From: Camelus dromedarius
Taxonomy: Eukaryota
Direction of reading: 5' to 3'
Assembly: GCF_036321535.1 (NCBI RefSeq)
Contig: NC_087437.1
Coordinates: forward strand, 12,154,001 to 12,218,000
Length of the DNA stretch: 64,000 bases
Of this stretch, positions 38,670 through 50,990 are shown in pieces (the first letter of the stretch is position 1; each line of letters starts with the position of its first letter). The notes beneath the pieces were generated by a model. The model saw only the letters and a program-made list of their open reading frames with translations. It did not search any database and had not been told where the DNA came from. A program made the translations under genes and the position numbers.

Positions 38670-40640
38670 ATTATGTATATTTTTACTTGTTTTAGAGATT
38701 TTAATGTGTCTTTAACTTATTCTCGTCTGCTTTGATTATTGTTAAATCTCTCCAAGTACAATATTAAAAATCTTACAATGATCTCTTTCTATTTACCCCC
38801 TTGTGTCCTCTGTATTATTTCTCTCATATCTTCTTTATATGTTTTATGAACCCCAAAGCACAATGTCATTTTTTACTTAGTCACTTGTCTTTTAACAAAT
38901 TAAGAAAAACAAAAAATATTATTTATGTTTACGACATATTCGTCTTTTCAAGAGCTTTTCATTTCTTTACGTAGACTTGAATTTCTTCCTTATAGTATTT
39001 CACTTCAATCTGGAGAACTTTCTGTGACACTTATTACAATGCAAGTCATCTGGGTACTGAAGCCTTGAAACTTTTGTTAACCTAAAAATGTTTTTGTCCC
39101 ATCTTTGTTTCTGGAGAACATGTTTGGAGAATATGTTTGTGAGATGTCTAGTTTTTTTTTTTCGATTTCAGTACTTTATAGATGTTGTTCCATTGCCTTC
39201 TGGCCTACTTTGTTTCTGATAAACACAGCTGTTACTCTTACTGTTGTTTCTCTTTATGTGATATGTCTTTTACCTTGTGGCTGCTTTTAAAGCTTTTCTG
39301 TTTATCTTTTGTTTTCAACATTTTTAATATGATATGCTTTTTTTTAACATTTTTATTGATTTATAATCATTTTACAATGTTGTGTCAAATTCCAGTGTAG
39401 AGCACAATTTTTCAGTTATACATGAACATATATATATTCATTGTCACATTTTTTTCTCTGTGAGCTACCATAAGATCTTGTGTATATTTCCCTGTGCTAT
39501 ACAGTATAATCTTGTTTATCTATTCTACAATTTTAAATTCCCGTCTATCCCTTCCCACCCTCCACCCCCTTGGCAACCACAAGTTTGTATTCTATGTCTG
39601 TGAGTTTATTTCTGTTTTGTATGAGATCGCTTATATGTGGAATCTAAAAAACAAAAACAAAAAACCAAAGCATGATATGCTTTTAAGGTTTGGTTTTTCT
39701 TACAAGTATTCTGTGTGGGATTGATTAAGCTCCCGGAATCTTGATAAGTTAAAAAATATTTTGGAATAATAACATAGGAAATTCTTAATCATTTTTGTTC
39801 AAATGTATTTCTTTTGCCTCCATTTGTCTCTTCTCTTTCTTGGAGACTCCAGTAAAATATATGATAAACCATTTTATGTTGTCACAGAGATCACTAAGCA
39901 TCTATTTGTTTGTTTTTTTCTTCTAATCTTCTCTGTGCTTCACTTTTAGAAAGCTTCTATTGATCTTTCTTGAAGTTGACTACTCTTTTCTTTTGCCATT
40001 TCCAATCTGCTCTTGATCTCAACTAGTGAATTTTTTTTCCTTTCAGACACTTTTTCAATTATGGAATTTCTATATGGTTCTTTTATAGTTTGCCCATTTC
40101 TCTGTTATGATTTGCCTCTTGCTCACTATGTCCATTTTTATTCAATTCATTGCAAATATACTAATTTTTTAAAATCTTTATTTGCTAACACTAACATCTG
40201 TGTCATGCCTGGGTTCCTATATTTTATCTCTCATGGTAATTTGTCTCCCGCTCCTTTTATTGTGTGTTAATTACTGAATGTATGCTAGACATGGTCAGTT
40301 CTGTGTTGTTGGGGGTCTGGGTTAAATTATCACCTTTTAAAGATGACTGAGTTTTGTTATAGTTGGCTTTTAAGTAGCTAGAGTCTCAGGTTAATCTTAG
40401 GTTTTGTTGGCAAAAATCTAAAGTAGCTCTTATTATAGGCATAGAGTTGCCATACTTCTAAGTCATGACCTTTACGAAGTTTCACCTAGATGCTCTGCGT
40501 ATTTAACAGAGTCTATCCACTTTGAACAGAGTTGAAATCTCTCCCAGTGCTATGTGACCTTCAGAATCTTCATTCATCTCCACATTGTCAGGAGCTAGTC
40601 TCTGCCAGACCTCAGTGAGTTACATCCTCTGGATGAAAAT
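38670..40640 (-). mobile_element. Ancient LINE-1 (L1M-type) 5'/ORF1 region
   Basis: T-rich degenerate sequence. 38990-39330 ('ttccattgccttctggcc...gtttctgat...gctgcttttaa') is a diverged paralogue of the ORF1 segment at 37170-37450. Confidence 0.65.
39342..39671 (-). mobile_element. Young LINE-1 3' end with 5' inversion and TSD
   Basis: Minus-strand 3'UTR at 39342-39620, then plus-strand L1 segment at 39621-39671. Perfect TSD atgatatgctttt at 39329-39341 and 39672-39684. Confidence 0.95.
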
Positions 40641-42019
40641 AGCATTTGGCTAATGATTCAATAATTAATCTTCCTGTATAGAAGAAACTTTTTTTCAGAT
40701 ATTTTATGACTAGAAAACTATTGGGATTTGGGAAGGGGTTTATGAAATACTATTTTAAAAGGGATGTGTAAGCTGTTCTTTTAGATTCGTCAGAAAATGC
40801 AAAGGGACGTTTTTGCTATTGTTTCTCTGGCTTTAATTATATTGCTCCTTGTATTTTCCCCCTTTTTATTTTCCATCTGTTTGAGTTTTTAAACATTTGT
40901 TTCCAGATCTTTGAATTTATTTCTATTTTTAATATGTATATTTATTTTAATCTAAAATTTTAATTAGATTTTAAAGTCAATTTTGAGTACCTTTTTTAAA
41001 AAGAGCATTTGCCAACTTGTAAAGACCCCACCATAAATCAGTGTAATCTCCTAAATACTCCTAAATAATCTCCTAAATACTTTCCCCCCACTTCACTGAA
41101 TGCTAAAGCACATTTTTATGCAATAATCATGACAAGAGATCATTTGTGTACTATCCTTTCAGTATAAAATAGTAAGACAGACCTTGCAGCGCTTTTAGTT
41201 GAATAAGCTGCTGTTTAACAGGATCTGTTATTTTGAAGATGCCATAAGGCATGCATCACTCCAAAAGCAGAATACCAAGAGGTGATGACCATAGATGTGC
41301 CACTTGAGGTTCGAACATACTGGATGATTTTATCAATTGGAATTTATTCTTTGCCAAGCAACAGTGTCATCTGTTTGTTGTATGAAAGTAAAGCAGAATT
41401 TCATTTAAAAACGTAGCAAAATCCATAGAAAGCAGAGTATCAGGCATCCTACCAAGAAGTGTGAGGGAATCATTCTCGGGTTAACTTGTTTTCAAATTTT
41501 ATCCTTTTTAAATACTGAATCTTTGTTTTTCAATCACATCACAGGATGGGAAAAATCTGAATAAATTGTTCTTCAAGAATGTTCTAGATTTTGGTAAAAA
41601 AGTATGTTTGGGGGATTATTGGGGTTTTTGTTTGTTCATTTTATCACTCTTACATTTCTCTCCTTTTCTTCTTTCCTGTAGATTTTCCTTTTCTAACCTC
41701 TTTTCTGCCCCCTGCCAAATTTTCTTTACAACTTTACCCATTTAGTTAATTTCCTTTGTTCTTTCCTGAACACAAAATTGAAGATAAACACTCTCAATTT
41801 AAAAAATCTAATTTCTCAGTCTTGATCAGGGCCCACTTCCTCCCAAATGATGAAATTAGAGACTCTTGCCTTCATCATCTTCTTTCTGTCTTACTTGTTC
41901 CTGACCCAGTGACTCCATAATTGTCCAGATTTGTCCCCAGTTCATCCCCAGGATCTTCACTCTGACTAATCTAATGAAAAAAATCTAAACTTAAAGTGTA
42001 GCTAAATTTGTATTTTTAT

Positions 42020-42270
42020 TGCATTAATCAGGGTAAACTAAACTGCTATAAGAAAGGGACCAAAATGTATAATGCTTCAATATAATGGAAGTTTATTTTT
42101 ATCTGTATCACAGCCTTTGGTGGGTGTTGAGGATGGAGACAGCTCTCCTCCACATAATGATTCAGGGACTTGGACTCCTTCTACCTTGTGGCTGTAGGAT
42201 TGATGGTGTCTGGTTATGTCTGAATCATATGATCACCACTTGCCTTCCAGAAGAACATGGAATGGGCTAG
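42020..42270 (-). mobile_element. Old MaLR (MLT1-type) LTR fragment
   Basis: 'attaatcagggtaaactaaactgctataa...ggaagtttatttttatct...ctcctccacataatgattcagggact' resembles old MLT1 LTRs. Confidence 0.55.
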
Positions 42271-42544
42271 TCACAAGAACAAGCAGTTCTGTTATTATTA
42301 AGACAAAGTGATAGTGGACAAGATAACTTTAGATGTTCCATACATTTTAAAAGAGTTCCTTTCCATATTTGTCTTCTACATCATTGGAGTTGAGTCTCAT
42401 GACTTGCTATGGTAGGAGAGATGAGTGGGGCAAGTAAAACATCTTTAATCAGTAAAATCATTTACCTTACAAAGATTTTGAATCAATTTTGAGTGATTTA
42501 AGGAAGATGTATTTTCTATTTTTTCTCCCAAATGTGAGTTTAAA

Positions 42545-42810
42545 TGTAGTGGTTAGGATCATGCACTCGAGAAGTCATACTTCTTGAGTTCAAAGCCAGG
42601 ACCCACCAGGTCTTACTTGTATAACTTTCTAACCATGCAACCTCAGATAAGGTACACTCTTGATGCTCTGGTTTCTTCTTCCATAAAATGCAGAGGATAG
42701 TAGTAAATGCTTCATAGATTTGCTCTGGAGAGTAAATGAGATAATACACATTAAATTGCTTTGAAGAATACCTGGCACACAGTAAATGCTCAGAAAATGA
42801 TAGTTATAAT
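42545..42810 (+). mobile_element. Near full-length MIR SINE
   Basis: tRNA-like head 'gtagtggttaggatcatg...gagttcaaagcc', core 'tttcttcttccataaaatgcagaggatagtagta', 3' 'taaatgagataatacac...cctggcacacagtaaatgctca'. Confidence 0.85.
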
Positions 42811-43499
42811 TGCACTGGAGATTGTTATTAGAATTACTATTCATTCTTTCACCCAAGTACATACATACATACATGCTTTCCAGGTGTGAGCAGTCTCTGG
42901 TTCTAAAAGAAAAGGCTCTTGGCCAATGTTAGACCTCGAAGATTTGAAAAAACAAAACAAAACAAAACAAAAAAAACAAACAACAAAAACAAAACCCCTA
43001 GAAAGCCAGAGCATTATTTATTTAATTTCATACCTTCTGAGTGAGCTTTGCCTTCCAAAGGTATTTCTATTTGTTTTCACAAAAGTCAGTATTTTCCTGT
43101 TTCTCCATGTAAAATAGATTTTTACGTGGGGCATGTAAACAGTATATGAAATAGTTGAAATTTTTCCAAGTGTAGGATCAAAATAGAAAGCGAGGTATGA
43201 CCCTGAAACCATGGTTCACAGGAAGGTTGTAAAGGCCAATAATTTTGCCTCCACAGGAACCAAAAATAAGTAGGGAGGGAAAGAGGGAGACTGATAATCA
43301 GAGATTTCACAGTAGGGAGCTTAGGCAGTGGGTCAAATTCATACAATAAACATGTTATTTGGCTAAACTTTTTGTGATCAAGGAAGAGTTTCGTTTGGTT
43401 TTTTTGTTAGTGTGTTCACACTTCTCCTTACTGTTTTCTCAGTCAATCCTCCAGCAACTTGATCCACCATGTCTAATTCTTCATAAATCAGCTAAACTT

Positions 43500-43660
43500 T
43501 AGAGTGATATTGACAGTGGCTTTGCTGACGCCATTGTTTTCTGTCAAGAGTTTTAGTCGGCTTCAAAACAATTTGCCGTGAACGCCCTTGTTTGCTTGCC
43601 CCAAGGGTCTTTGTTTGGGCTGCAAACTTTGATTTATAACTGCCTATAATTGATGGCTGT
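43500..43660. promoter_or_regulatory. Candidate developmental enhancer (motif cluster)
   Basis: TGACAG 43511 and CTGTCA 43541 (MEIS-type); CATTGTT 43532, AACAAT 43567, CTTTGTT 43609 (SOX-type); TGTTTGC 43589 (FOX-type); TGATTTAT 43630 (PBX-HOX-type). No repeat recognised. Confidence 0.3.
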
Positions 43661-46304
43661 GGGGAAGGGGGACCATAGCTCACGCCCCTCCTCTTTCAAT
43701 CTAGCTTTGCCCAGAAATCCTCGTCGTGAAGCATTCTCAAGGGAACCGGTCTGGGAAATCTTCCATATACCCAATGGGAGGCCATTAATCATGGTGGGGA
43801 GTGTGTTTGTGAAAGTAAAGAAAACAAAAGTCAGACCACCTCAAGATGGCTTATCAAAAGAATAGATGTTAAAGCCTATGTGTTCATTGTGGGGCATTTA
43901 GAAAGAAAAACTGTGCTATTTGGCGAACCAGATATACTTGCTAATCCAAAAGTGAAGTTTGACATTAGGACTTCAAATTATTAACATTGAAAAGTCCCTT
44001 CAGAGTTCCTGACAAGTTGCTCGGTCGTTGACTGGAGAGCAGCTGAAAGGTCTTTTTAAATGACACAAGTCTTTTTTTCTAATAATGACAAAGGGAAAAA
44101 AAAAATACAGATTTTGTTTTGTTTTTGGCAGCCTCCTCACGACATATCTTGTGGTACCTGTCATTCTAGTATTTTCTGACTTTAAGACTATGTTTCTTCC
44201 TCACCCTTTAGGTTTTACTAATTCAAAAAGAGTCAGTGAAGCTTTCTGAGTTGCACATTTCTCTAGGGTGCAAAAATTGATATTGAGTGTCTGAAAGTAA
44301 CTCGAGATTCTTCTCAGTGATTGAAGAGAATAGAATGAGCCAATTTTTTTTCTTTCATGTTCATCGTGAAGATATCAGACTTTCTAATTTATTCTTAGTT
44401 TATTTTGGTTTTTCTCCATAAAAATTACCTTTCCAGCTAAGGCTATTTTGTAATGTTTCAATAGCCTACTCAGAAAAAAAAATTACATACACATTTTTTG
44501 CAAATGAATTATAATGCCAACATCAGAGTAATACATCAATAGATGCAGTAAAGTTTAGGTGGTTTATTTACACAAAGTATCTTAGTGATTGAGAAAGTTG
44601 ATCCAGCAGGGGAAAATGAAGGAAGTAACAAAGGAAATCAAAGAGAATTGTAAGCACCGATGGGAACTGGATCATATCCCACAAAAATATCCCAAATTAT
44701 GACAAGAGCTATGTTGAAATACTGCTTCATATCAGTCCACTCTATTTACTAAGTAAACAGTTCTTAACATTGAAGTGGCACTTAAAATGGCCAGAGACAA
44801 GCACATCGTAGTTCATTTTTTTCATGCAGCTATTGATATAGGCATCATTTGAAGTTATTTGTTTTATTTTGCATTGTTTTATCTCAGTGAAATTTAGCAA
44901 TAGCAATCTCCTCCTTGGAAGAGAAGCCAAGAACCTTTTCAATTCATTTCCTCCTCTTTAAAGGAGTCTAAACTGATAAATCGTTCCCATGCTGAAGTCA
45001 AAATGGAAATAATGCTTTTCATAGATTATATTCCTCATTAAATCAGAATCCTTTGAATTTAGGAGCAAGACAGTTCCCAGATGTTGATACATTAGCCCTC
45101 AGATTCCGCACTCAACGATGAAAGAATCAATGGGTCCTGGAGAACAATCTCGTAACATTGACCGGATGTGGAATGTAACTTCAATCCAGGTCTCCTGATG
45201 TGACTTATCAGAAAAATATTCATTAACCAAATGACAGAAAGCAGTAATTAAAATCCATAGTTAATCTGAATGAAAGCACAAAATAACATAGACGTAGGAC
45301 AACTTTGAAGAATTAAAAATCCATTTCCTTGAAAGGGATGGAAGACAAATTCTGAGCTAGCTTATCATCAGAAAGAACTTGGCACCTTTACATTTTTATC
45401 AGAAAGAACTTCATTTAAAATAACCCCCTGTAGAGATGCATGCACTGTAGTCTTCTGGTTCCTTATCGTGAAATATAGGTATTTGAGGAGAGATTCTAAT
45501 ACAGGATATTTTTAAGCCTCTCCAAACTTCTGATATTTGCTCTTTGTTCTAACAGCTTTACATTTCAAAACCAACATTTACTTTTTTTGCACAAGTGTTC
45601 TAATGTTAAGTACTATTTCACTACCTATGTTCAATGTGTAACTTCCCTCCCTTTAAAAAAAAATTCCCTGTCACTTTACTCACAACCCCCTGTGCTCTTA
45701 ACAAGTTAAAGCTTCAGAACAAAGTATCATTCAAGACACTTTCGATTGGACCACCTTCCTGTTGTCTGATGCTGTCCTACAATGCGGGTGCTTTTGCCCT
45801 GGGGGACGTAGCCTCTTAATATAGAGTTGATGAACCCCCTCTCACTTCCTGAATACAAAGTTTAAATTAGGCAAAAATAAAATATTCATGGTACTAAGGA
45901 GACAAAAATGCCCCCCAAATAAGGGTAACATTTTAGCCATAAGCAGAGAAGAATTTCAGAAACAGCCAATATGCGCTTAAATGAATAATTGCTCTGTGGT
46001 GTATCATAACAAGCATCTCTTGTTCAAACTCATACTCCAATTTTCATGTGGGGGAAAGAGATGATTTCCTTCAAGAAAGATCTAAAATAATCCATGATCT
46101 CTAAAGTACTACATACATATTATGAAAATAAAATAGGAAGCCTATTGGCTGTGTTCCAAAAAAGCTCAACTGGGTTAAAGGACATAATAAACAGTCATAG
46201 CTTTGCATGCAGTTATTTAATTGGGGGATAGATTTTTCGACCACTGTCCCTGGCAGGGGCAGTCATTCAATGCTGAGGCTTGGATTAAATGTTTCATCAG
46301 TAGT

Positions 46305-46585
46305 GCCTATTTAAAGATCTTTACGGAACAACAAGTCCGTCCCCTGGGCAAGCCCGTGTCAACTGCAATAAAGAGACCCTCACGAGTGAGGGAGAGGTAG
46401 TTTCTTGCAAGACGTACAGAGCTGTGAACGTGCACGGTGCTGTCTGGGTGTTTTCTGAGCTTTAAGGGTGCACGGTCTCCTGATGGCAAAGGTTGGAAGC
46501 TGAGCATAGCGTGTCCATGGATTTTATAGTTCCCTCAGGAAAATGAATTCTCAAGCTCCCACCCTCTTTCCAAGCACAGGTAAGT
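46305..46585 (+). promoter_or_regulatory. Candidate alternative promoter/first exon
   Basis: TATA-like ctatttaaag at ~46307, nine CpGs in 46320-46515, and a consensus donor CAG|gtaagt at 46579/46580. Confidence 0.3.
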
Positions 46586-48754
46586 CCTTGGAGAGCTGGA
46601 AATGTGCACAGAAACTGACAAGCCTTTCTTTTCTAGGAAATAGATGCTACCAAACCAAACCTTAAATTGGACAGCTCGTGGCTTTATGCCTTCTACTAAA
46701 TCCACCATCTGCTTCACATGGGATAAATGTAAATTTTTATAAGCTTCACAATTATCTTTTAGCTGGTTTTAGTTTGGTGAGGTTTCTCCCCTGTGTCCTC
46801 TCCAAGTGGTCATAGACGTAATGCCCGTAGCTAAGGATGACTGGAATGTTTGGGAAGTGGGCACTCAGAGACACGTGTCACATTAAAACAGTTGAATACA
46901 TTTACAAGCATCATGGACATTGAAATCTGAACATCTGTATTAAAAAAAAGGCAAAATATAGAATCTGTTGTTGTTCCTATCAATAGCCATGTAAAAAAGG
47001 TTTAATGTGGGGTTTATTTTTCCCTCTGTGATACTGTCATTCCTATTTGTATGGTCTGCATATCTGCACATTATCTCAAAATTGATAAAAAAAAATGTGT
47101 TCCACAGTGGGGTTGAATCAGAAGATGTGCGGAGATTTATTTTCAGGATCTGGGGATGTGTTTGGGCATTCTGTCTCACTCAAATTAAGAAACCAATTTG
47201 CAGTGCAATGTCCTTTTATAGACTTCTAGTATTTGGATAATTGAATGGCTATGCCCTGCCTCGCTGAAGCTTAAGAGGCATCTTTCTGAGATTGGGGAAA
47301 AGTGGAAACAAGTGCTTTTACAGCCAGGCTCCAGGAATCTGCTGACTAGGCACTTAGGAGAGAGGAGGCAGTTCTATTGGTTACTTAGGAAAAGTTCACA
47401 AAATCTTTCCCATCTGTTAAGTGGTGGAAAAAAAGTATCCAGCTGAAAAGGTTGCAAACTACGGTGATGTCTAAGCTCTTTTGAGAAGAGGATGGCAAAG
47501 CAAATACTCCAAATGCCTTTTTTTCCTCTTAGTTTCATGTAGGGCTTTTTATTTGTTCATTTGTTTGCCCAAGATTAAAAAAAAACGAGGTTCTGTTCCC
47601 AAATAAAGTGTCTCTCTTCTGCTGATTTAGGGTAAACGGGCACTCCTCCAGAATTTAGAATAAATTGAAGTAAAAACATGTGGTCTCTTGCTTTTATTTT
47701 GCTGTTGTTTCTAATCCCACCTCTCCCTGAGTTCAGAGAAGACAGGCAATCCCTGTGCCCTCTGGCCCACTCCACACTATTCAAAGCAGCCTCTTACCTG
47801 GAAATTGTCCTCTCTGATTCCGATTACATGCTAGTCCCTTTTTTCCAGAAAAGAATGCAATACCAACATTGACAATTGTGCAAAAATTCTGTGAATGTCC
47901 TATTTATGGTAAAACATGCCTCTGAGAACTCTGTTGTCCTGCTATGAAAATGCTGTTGGTTATTGGGACTTCCTTTTACTCAATGGATTCCCAGTCAGTA
48001 ACGTCACCTAATCGCAAGTGCTAGATTTGAGGGAGGATGTCCGATGCAAAGGTCGTTTTCCCTTGGGCCCTTACTCAGTGTCTAATGTCCATTGAGGAGG
48101 TAGGAAGAGAGAACTGAGGCTACAGCTCAGAACAACTAAGACATTCCCAGGAGCGTTACACAGATGAGGGAGAAAGGGGACTTTCCATGACAGCATCCCA
48201 GTTGCCATGTTCCACGAAACAGCGTTCCAGCCTCACCAAGAGCACAGGTGTCGCTGACCCGGGATCAGTTTCATGTCACGGTCGCCCCTTGCTCAGATGT
48301 ATGTAGGTGGTGCACTAGAATTATCTTGCCCGCAGTGGATAGGCTGTTCTTTGTGATTTTGACTCCCTTCACCCCTAGAAGATTAGCTTTTTAGTTGTTT
48401 CATTTTTGGTTATGTGATCCAACACTCCTGAAAGCTCTGATTTTTCTCCTTTTAGACAAGTATCTGGGTTGGGATCATTTTGCTTTGTTTTGCTTTTACT
48501 TTGTTATTGTTGAAAATAAGAGTAATACTTCTCAGGACCCCCGTGAACATGGAACTTATGAGTCGTCACCACTGAGTTATATGGAGAGACAGAACTCTGG
48601 GACTCTTCCTGGGACTCGTATTCTGGTGGGGTTGAAATGTCTTCAGAGAACCTTCCTTGTGCTTGTAACGTGCGATGAATCGTTCCTACCATTCTCATTT
48701 GCCCAGTGCCTCCTGTGTGCCTCTCTCTGGTGAGGGTGGAGGTATGTTTAGGAC

Positions 48755-48925
48755 AGCTCTTCTCAAATTCCAGTGTGGCTTCAGTCACCCAAGGGTCTTG
48801 TTAAAATGCAGACTGTGGTGCAGGACGTCTGGGGAGGGGCCTGCAGTTGTTCAGTCCTGGAAGGAACCCCAGGGATGTCAGTGCTCCTGGTCTGTGGGTG
48901 GCAGGTGTGCAGGACACCCTCTCTG
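48755..48925. mobile_element. MER5-like hAT DNA transposon
   Basis: 'ttctcaaattccagtgtggcttcagtcaccc...cttgttaaaatgcagact...ccccagggatgtcagtgctcctggtctg' matches the MER5A pattern. Confidence 0.7.
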
Positions 48926-49394
48926 AATGAGAGTAGTGCAGGTTGTGTGTGAACCTGCACAGGTAACAGAGGAAAAACTGTGAGGAGGGGGACATTTAGT
49001 GAATATCAATCACCCATTACATGCAAGTCACATGCTGTGCTAAATAATTGTGGAGGATCCCTGATCTTTGCAACACCGTCTGTCTGGTTTGAGAGGCAGG
49101 CATAGAAGCTGTTCATTGCATTAGAGTGTGTTAAATAGAGCTCTGTACCCAGAAAGCAGTGGCCCCAAGGGGAGGGAGCAGAGCAGGTTTGCAAGTGTGG
49201 GTTAAGAAGGCATCACAGAAGTGACATTGTTCATGTGAGTCGTGAAGGCTGAGAAGTTTCCAAGCTGATAAGGTAGGAAGGTACCTGTTCAAAAGTAAGG
49301 AGGCACAATGTAGCACAGTGTTTGAGGGAGCTCCCGGTTGCTGGTACAGGGGCTGCGCATGTTAGAGGATTTATTAAAATAAAGATCTATCACA

Positions 49395-49905
49395 TGTATG
49401 AATGAAAAATATTGCCAGCTGTATCAGTAAACAAAGGATGCTGTGACCATCAAGTCACCAGCCACTACCGCCACCCCAGACAGTGACCAGAGGGAACTCA
49501 GGATGGTGACAAGCAGGCCACCTGCTGCAGGCCCTGCAGCTCCCCCCATCCGTGCCCCCGAGGGAACCAGGATGGGAAAGAACAGGACACGGGCCCTGGA
49601 CAGCTAGGTGCGCATCAAAGCAATGATTTCAGTGAGCCCAGACCTTTGCACCTTCTCATACATAGAAAAGCGCTAAATTCCTTAACTTGATATGTCTGTT
49701 TTTCTGTAATTAACAGTAATCTTTTGGTGTTCCAACTACCTGGTCTTTGTAGCAAAACTCCTATATATCCTGGCTCCTCCCCTGACTTTTTGGAGCAGCC
49801 CCTCAGATTGATCTGAGAGGCCTCCCAGTCTCGAGTCCTCAGAAAGTCCACTGAATAAAACATAACTCTCAAATTTTAGTTTCTGCATATTTTCTTCAGT
49901 CAACA
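49395..49905 (+). mobile_element. Solo ERV1-class LTR (MER41-like), inserted in a MIR
   Basis: TG...CA termini (ends ttcagtcaaca), TATA 'cctatatat' at ~49760 and AATAAA at ~49854. 'cagtaaacaaaggatg' and 'gagggaactcaggatgg' resemble cetartiodactyl MER41-type LTRs. Left boundary and TSD are uncertain. Confidence 0.75.
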
Positions 49906-50090
49906 CTGCCAAGCATTTCACGGTTATTAATTCTAGTCTTACAACAAACCTGAAAAGAGTTAGTATTTCTCCCATTGTGCAGAGGAACAAACTGAGGGTC
50001 CGGGAGATCATGGACCTCTTTGGCAGGTGCATAGCTTGTTGGGGGCTGGGCTGGATTTCAAGCCCAAATCTCCGGGACACCAGAGCCATG
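49906..50090 (-). mobile_element. MIR SINE fragment
   Basis: 'cccattgtgcagaggaacaaactgaggg...gggctggatttcaagccc' is a reverse-strand MIR core. Confidence 0.75.
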
Positions 50091-50789
50091 GCTAACGTCC
50101 CTTGCCAAGTTCAGGGAAGTCAGCAGAAGCCAGATCACAAAGAACATTACAGAATTCACTAAGGAGGGTAAGCTGGACGCTATGAGCAGTGGGACACCTC
50201 AGAAGACTCATAAGTAGAGATGACATTTGGATTTTTGAAAGAATATTCTGGAAGCTGTGTGGAGGGTAAATTAAAAGGGGGCCTTGTGGAAATAAATGAG
50301 AAATTGATGACTATTAAGCACCCAGAATTGTCAGCCCATGAGCTCTTTAGGAAAGTATGAACTCATGAAATTCAAAGACTTACAGTCTAGGCCTGGGGAA
50401 AAACTTAAATACATGAAATTAAATGCCAGAACTAAGATCTGAAAGTACCCTCAGGTTCAGACTAACCACCAGTACATGGAGTGTCTGGGGAGCAAAGCAG
50501 CTTGTCAGGGGTTCTCATCCAGATGCAAGAGGGAAGGAGGGTGGGACTCTGTCATTCTAAGGACGCTGATGCCTTAAGACCCAGCCGTTGAGTTACTTAA
50601 GCCAAGCTGAGTCTTCACCCACTCACAGTTGTCTATTGTCTGCTTCTGGGCAGTCTATTTGATGCTATTTATAGCCTTTCCACAGTTAATTTCACTAACC
50701 TCTGTTTGAAGTTCTTCCCAAAAGGATGCCTTTTTCATATCAAGGGAGAATGGCATGTGTAGTTTCTGTACCCATCAAACATGCCATAA

Positions 50790-50990
50790 CAGTCATTTCT
50801 TGAGCATCCACTACATCCTGGGCAAATAGCCAGACTGCTCTGGAGGAACCCCATGAGCAAGGTAATGTCATTCTCTTTTCACAAAGGAGGAAAGTGCAAC
50901 CCAGAGCAGTCCAGTTAACTTGCTCAAGTCACAGAGCTGGTGAGAATCAGGGTGCTGACCTGGTCTTGCTGATGGCAAAGTCTCTACACC
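50790..50990 (-). mobile_element. MIR SINE fragment
   Basis: 'ttttcacaaaggaggaaagtgcaacccagagcag...ttaacttgctcaagtcacagagct' is a reverse-strand MIR core. Confidence 0.7.

Noticed and set aside
41045..41080. Short tandem duplication (ctcctaaata)x3, and a similar one at 33709-33737
   Set aside because: Ordinary slippage duplications.
49395..49905. Interferon-inducible (STAT/GAS) enhancer in the MER41-like LTR
   Set aside because: I did not find a TTCNNNGAA motif in the element by eye, so that specific function is unsupported.
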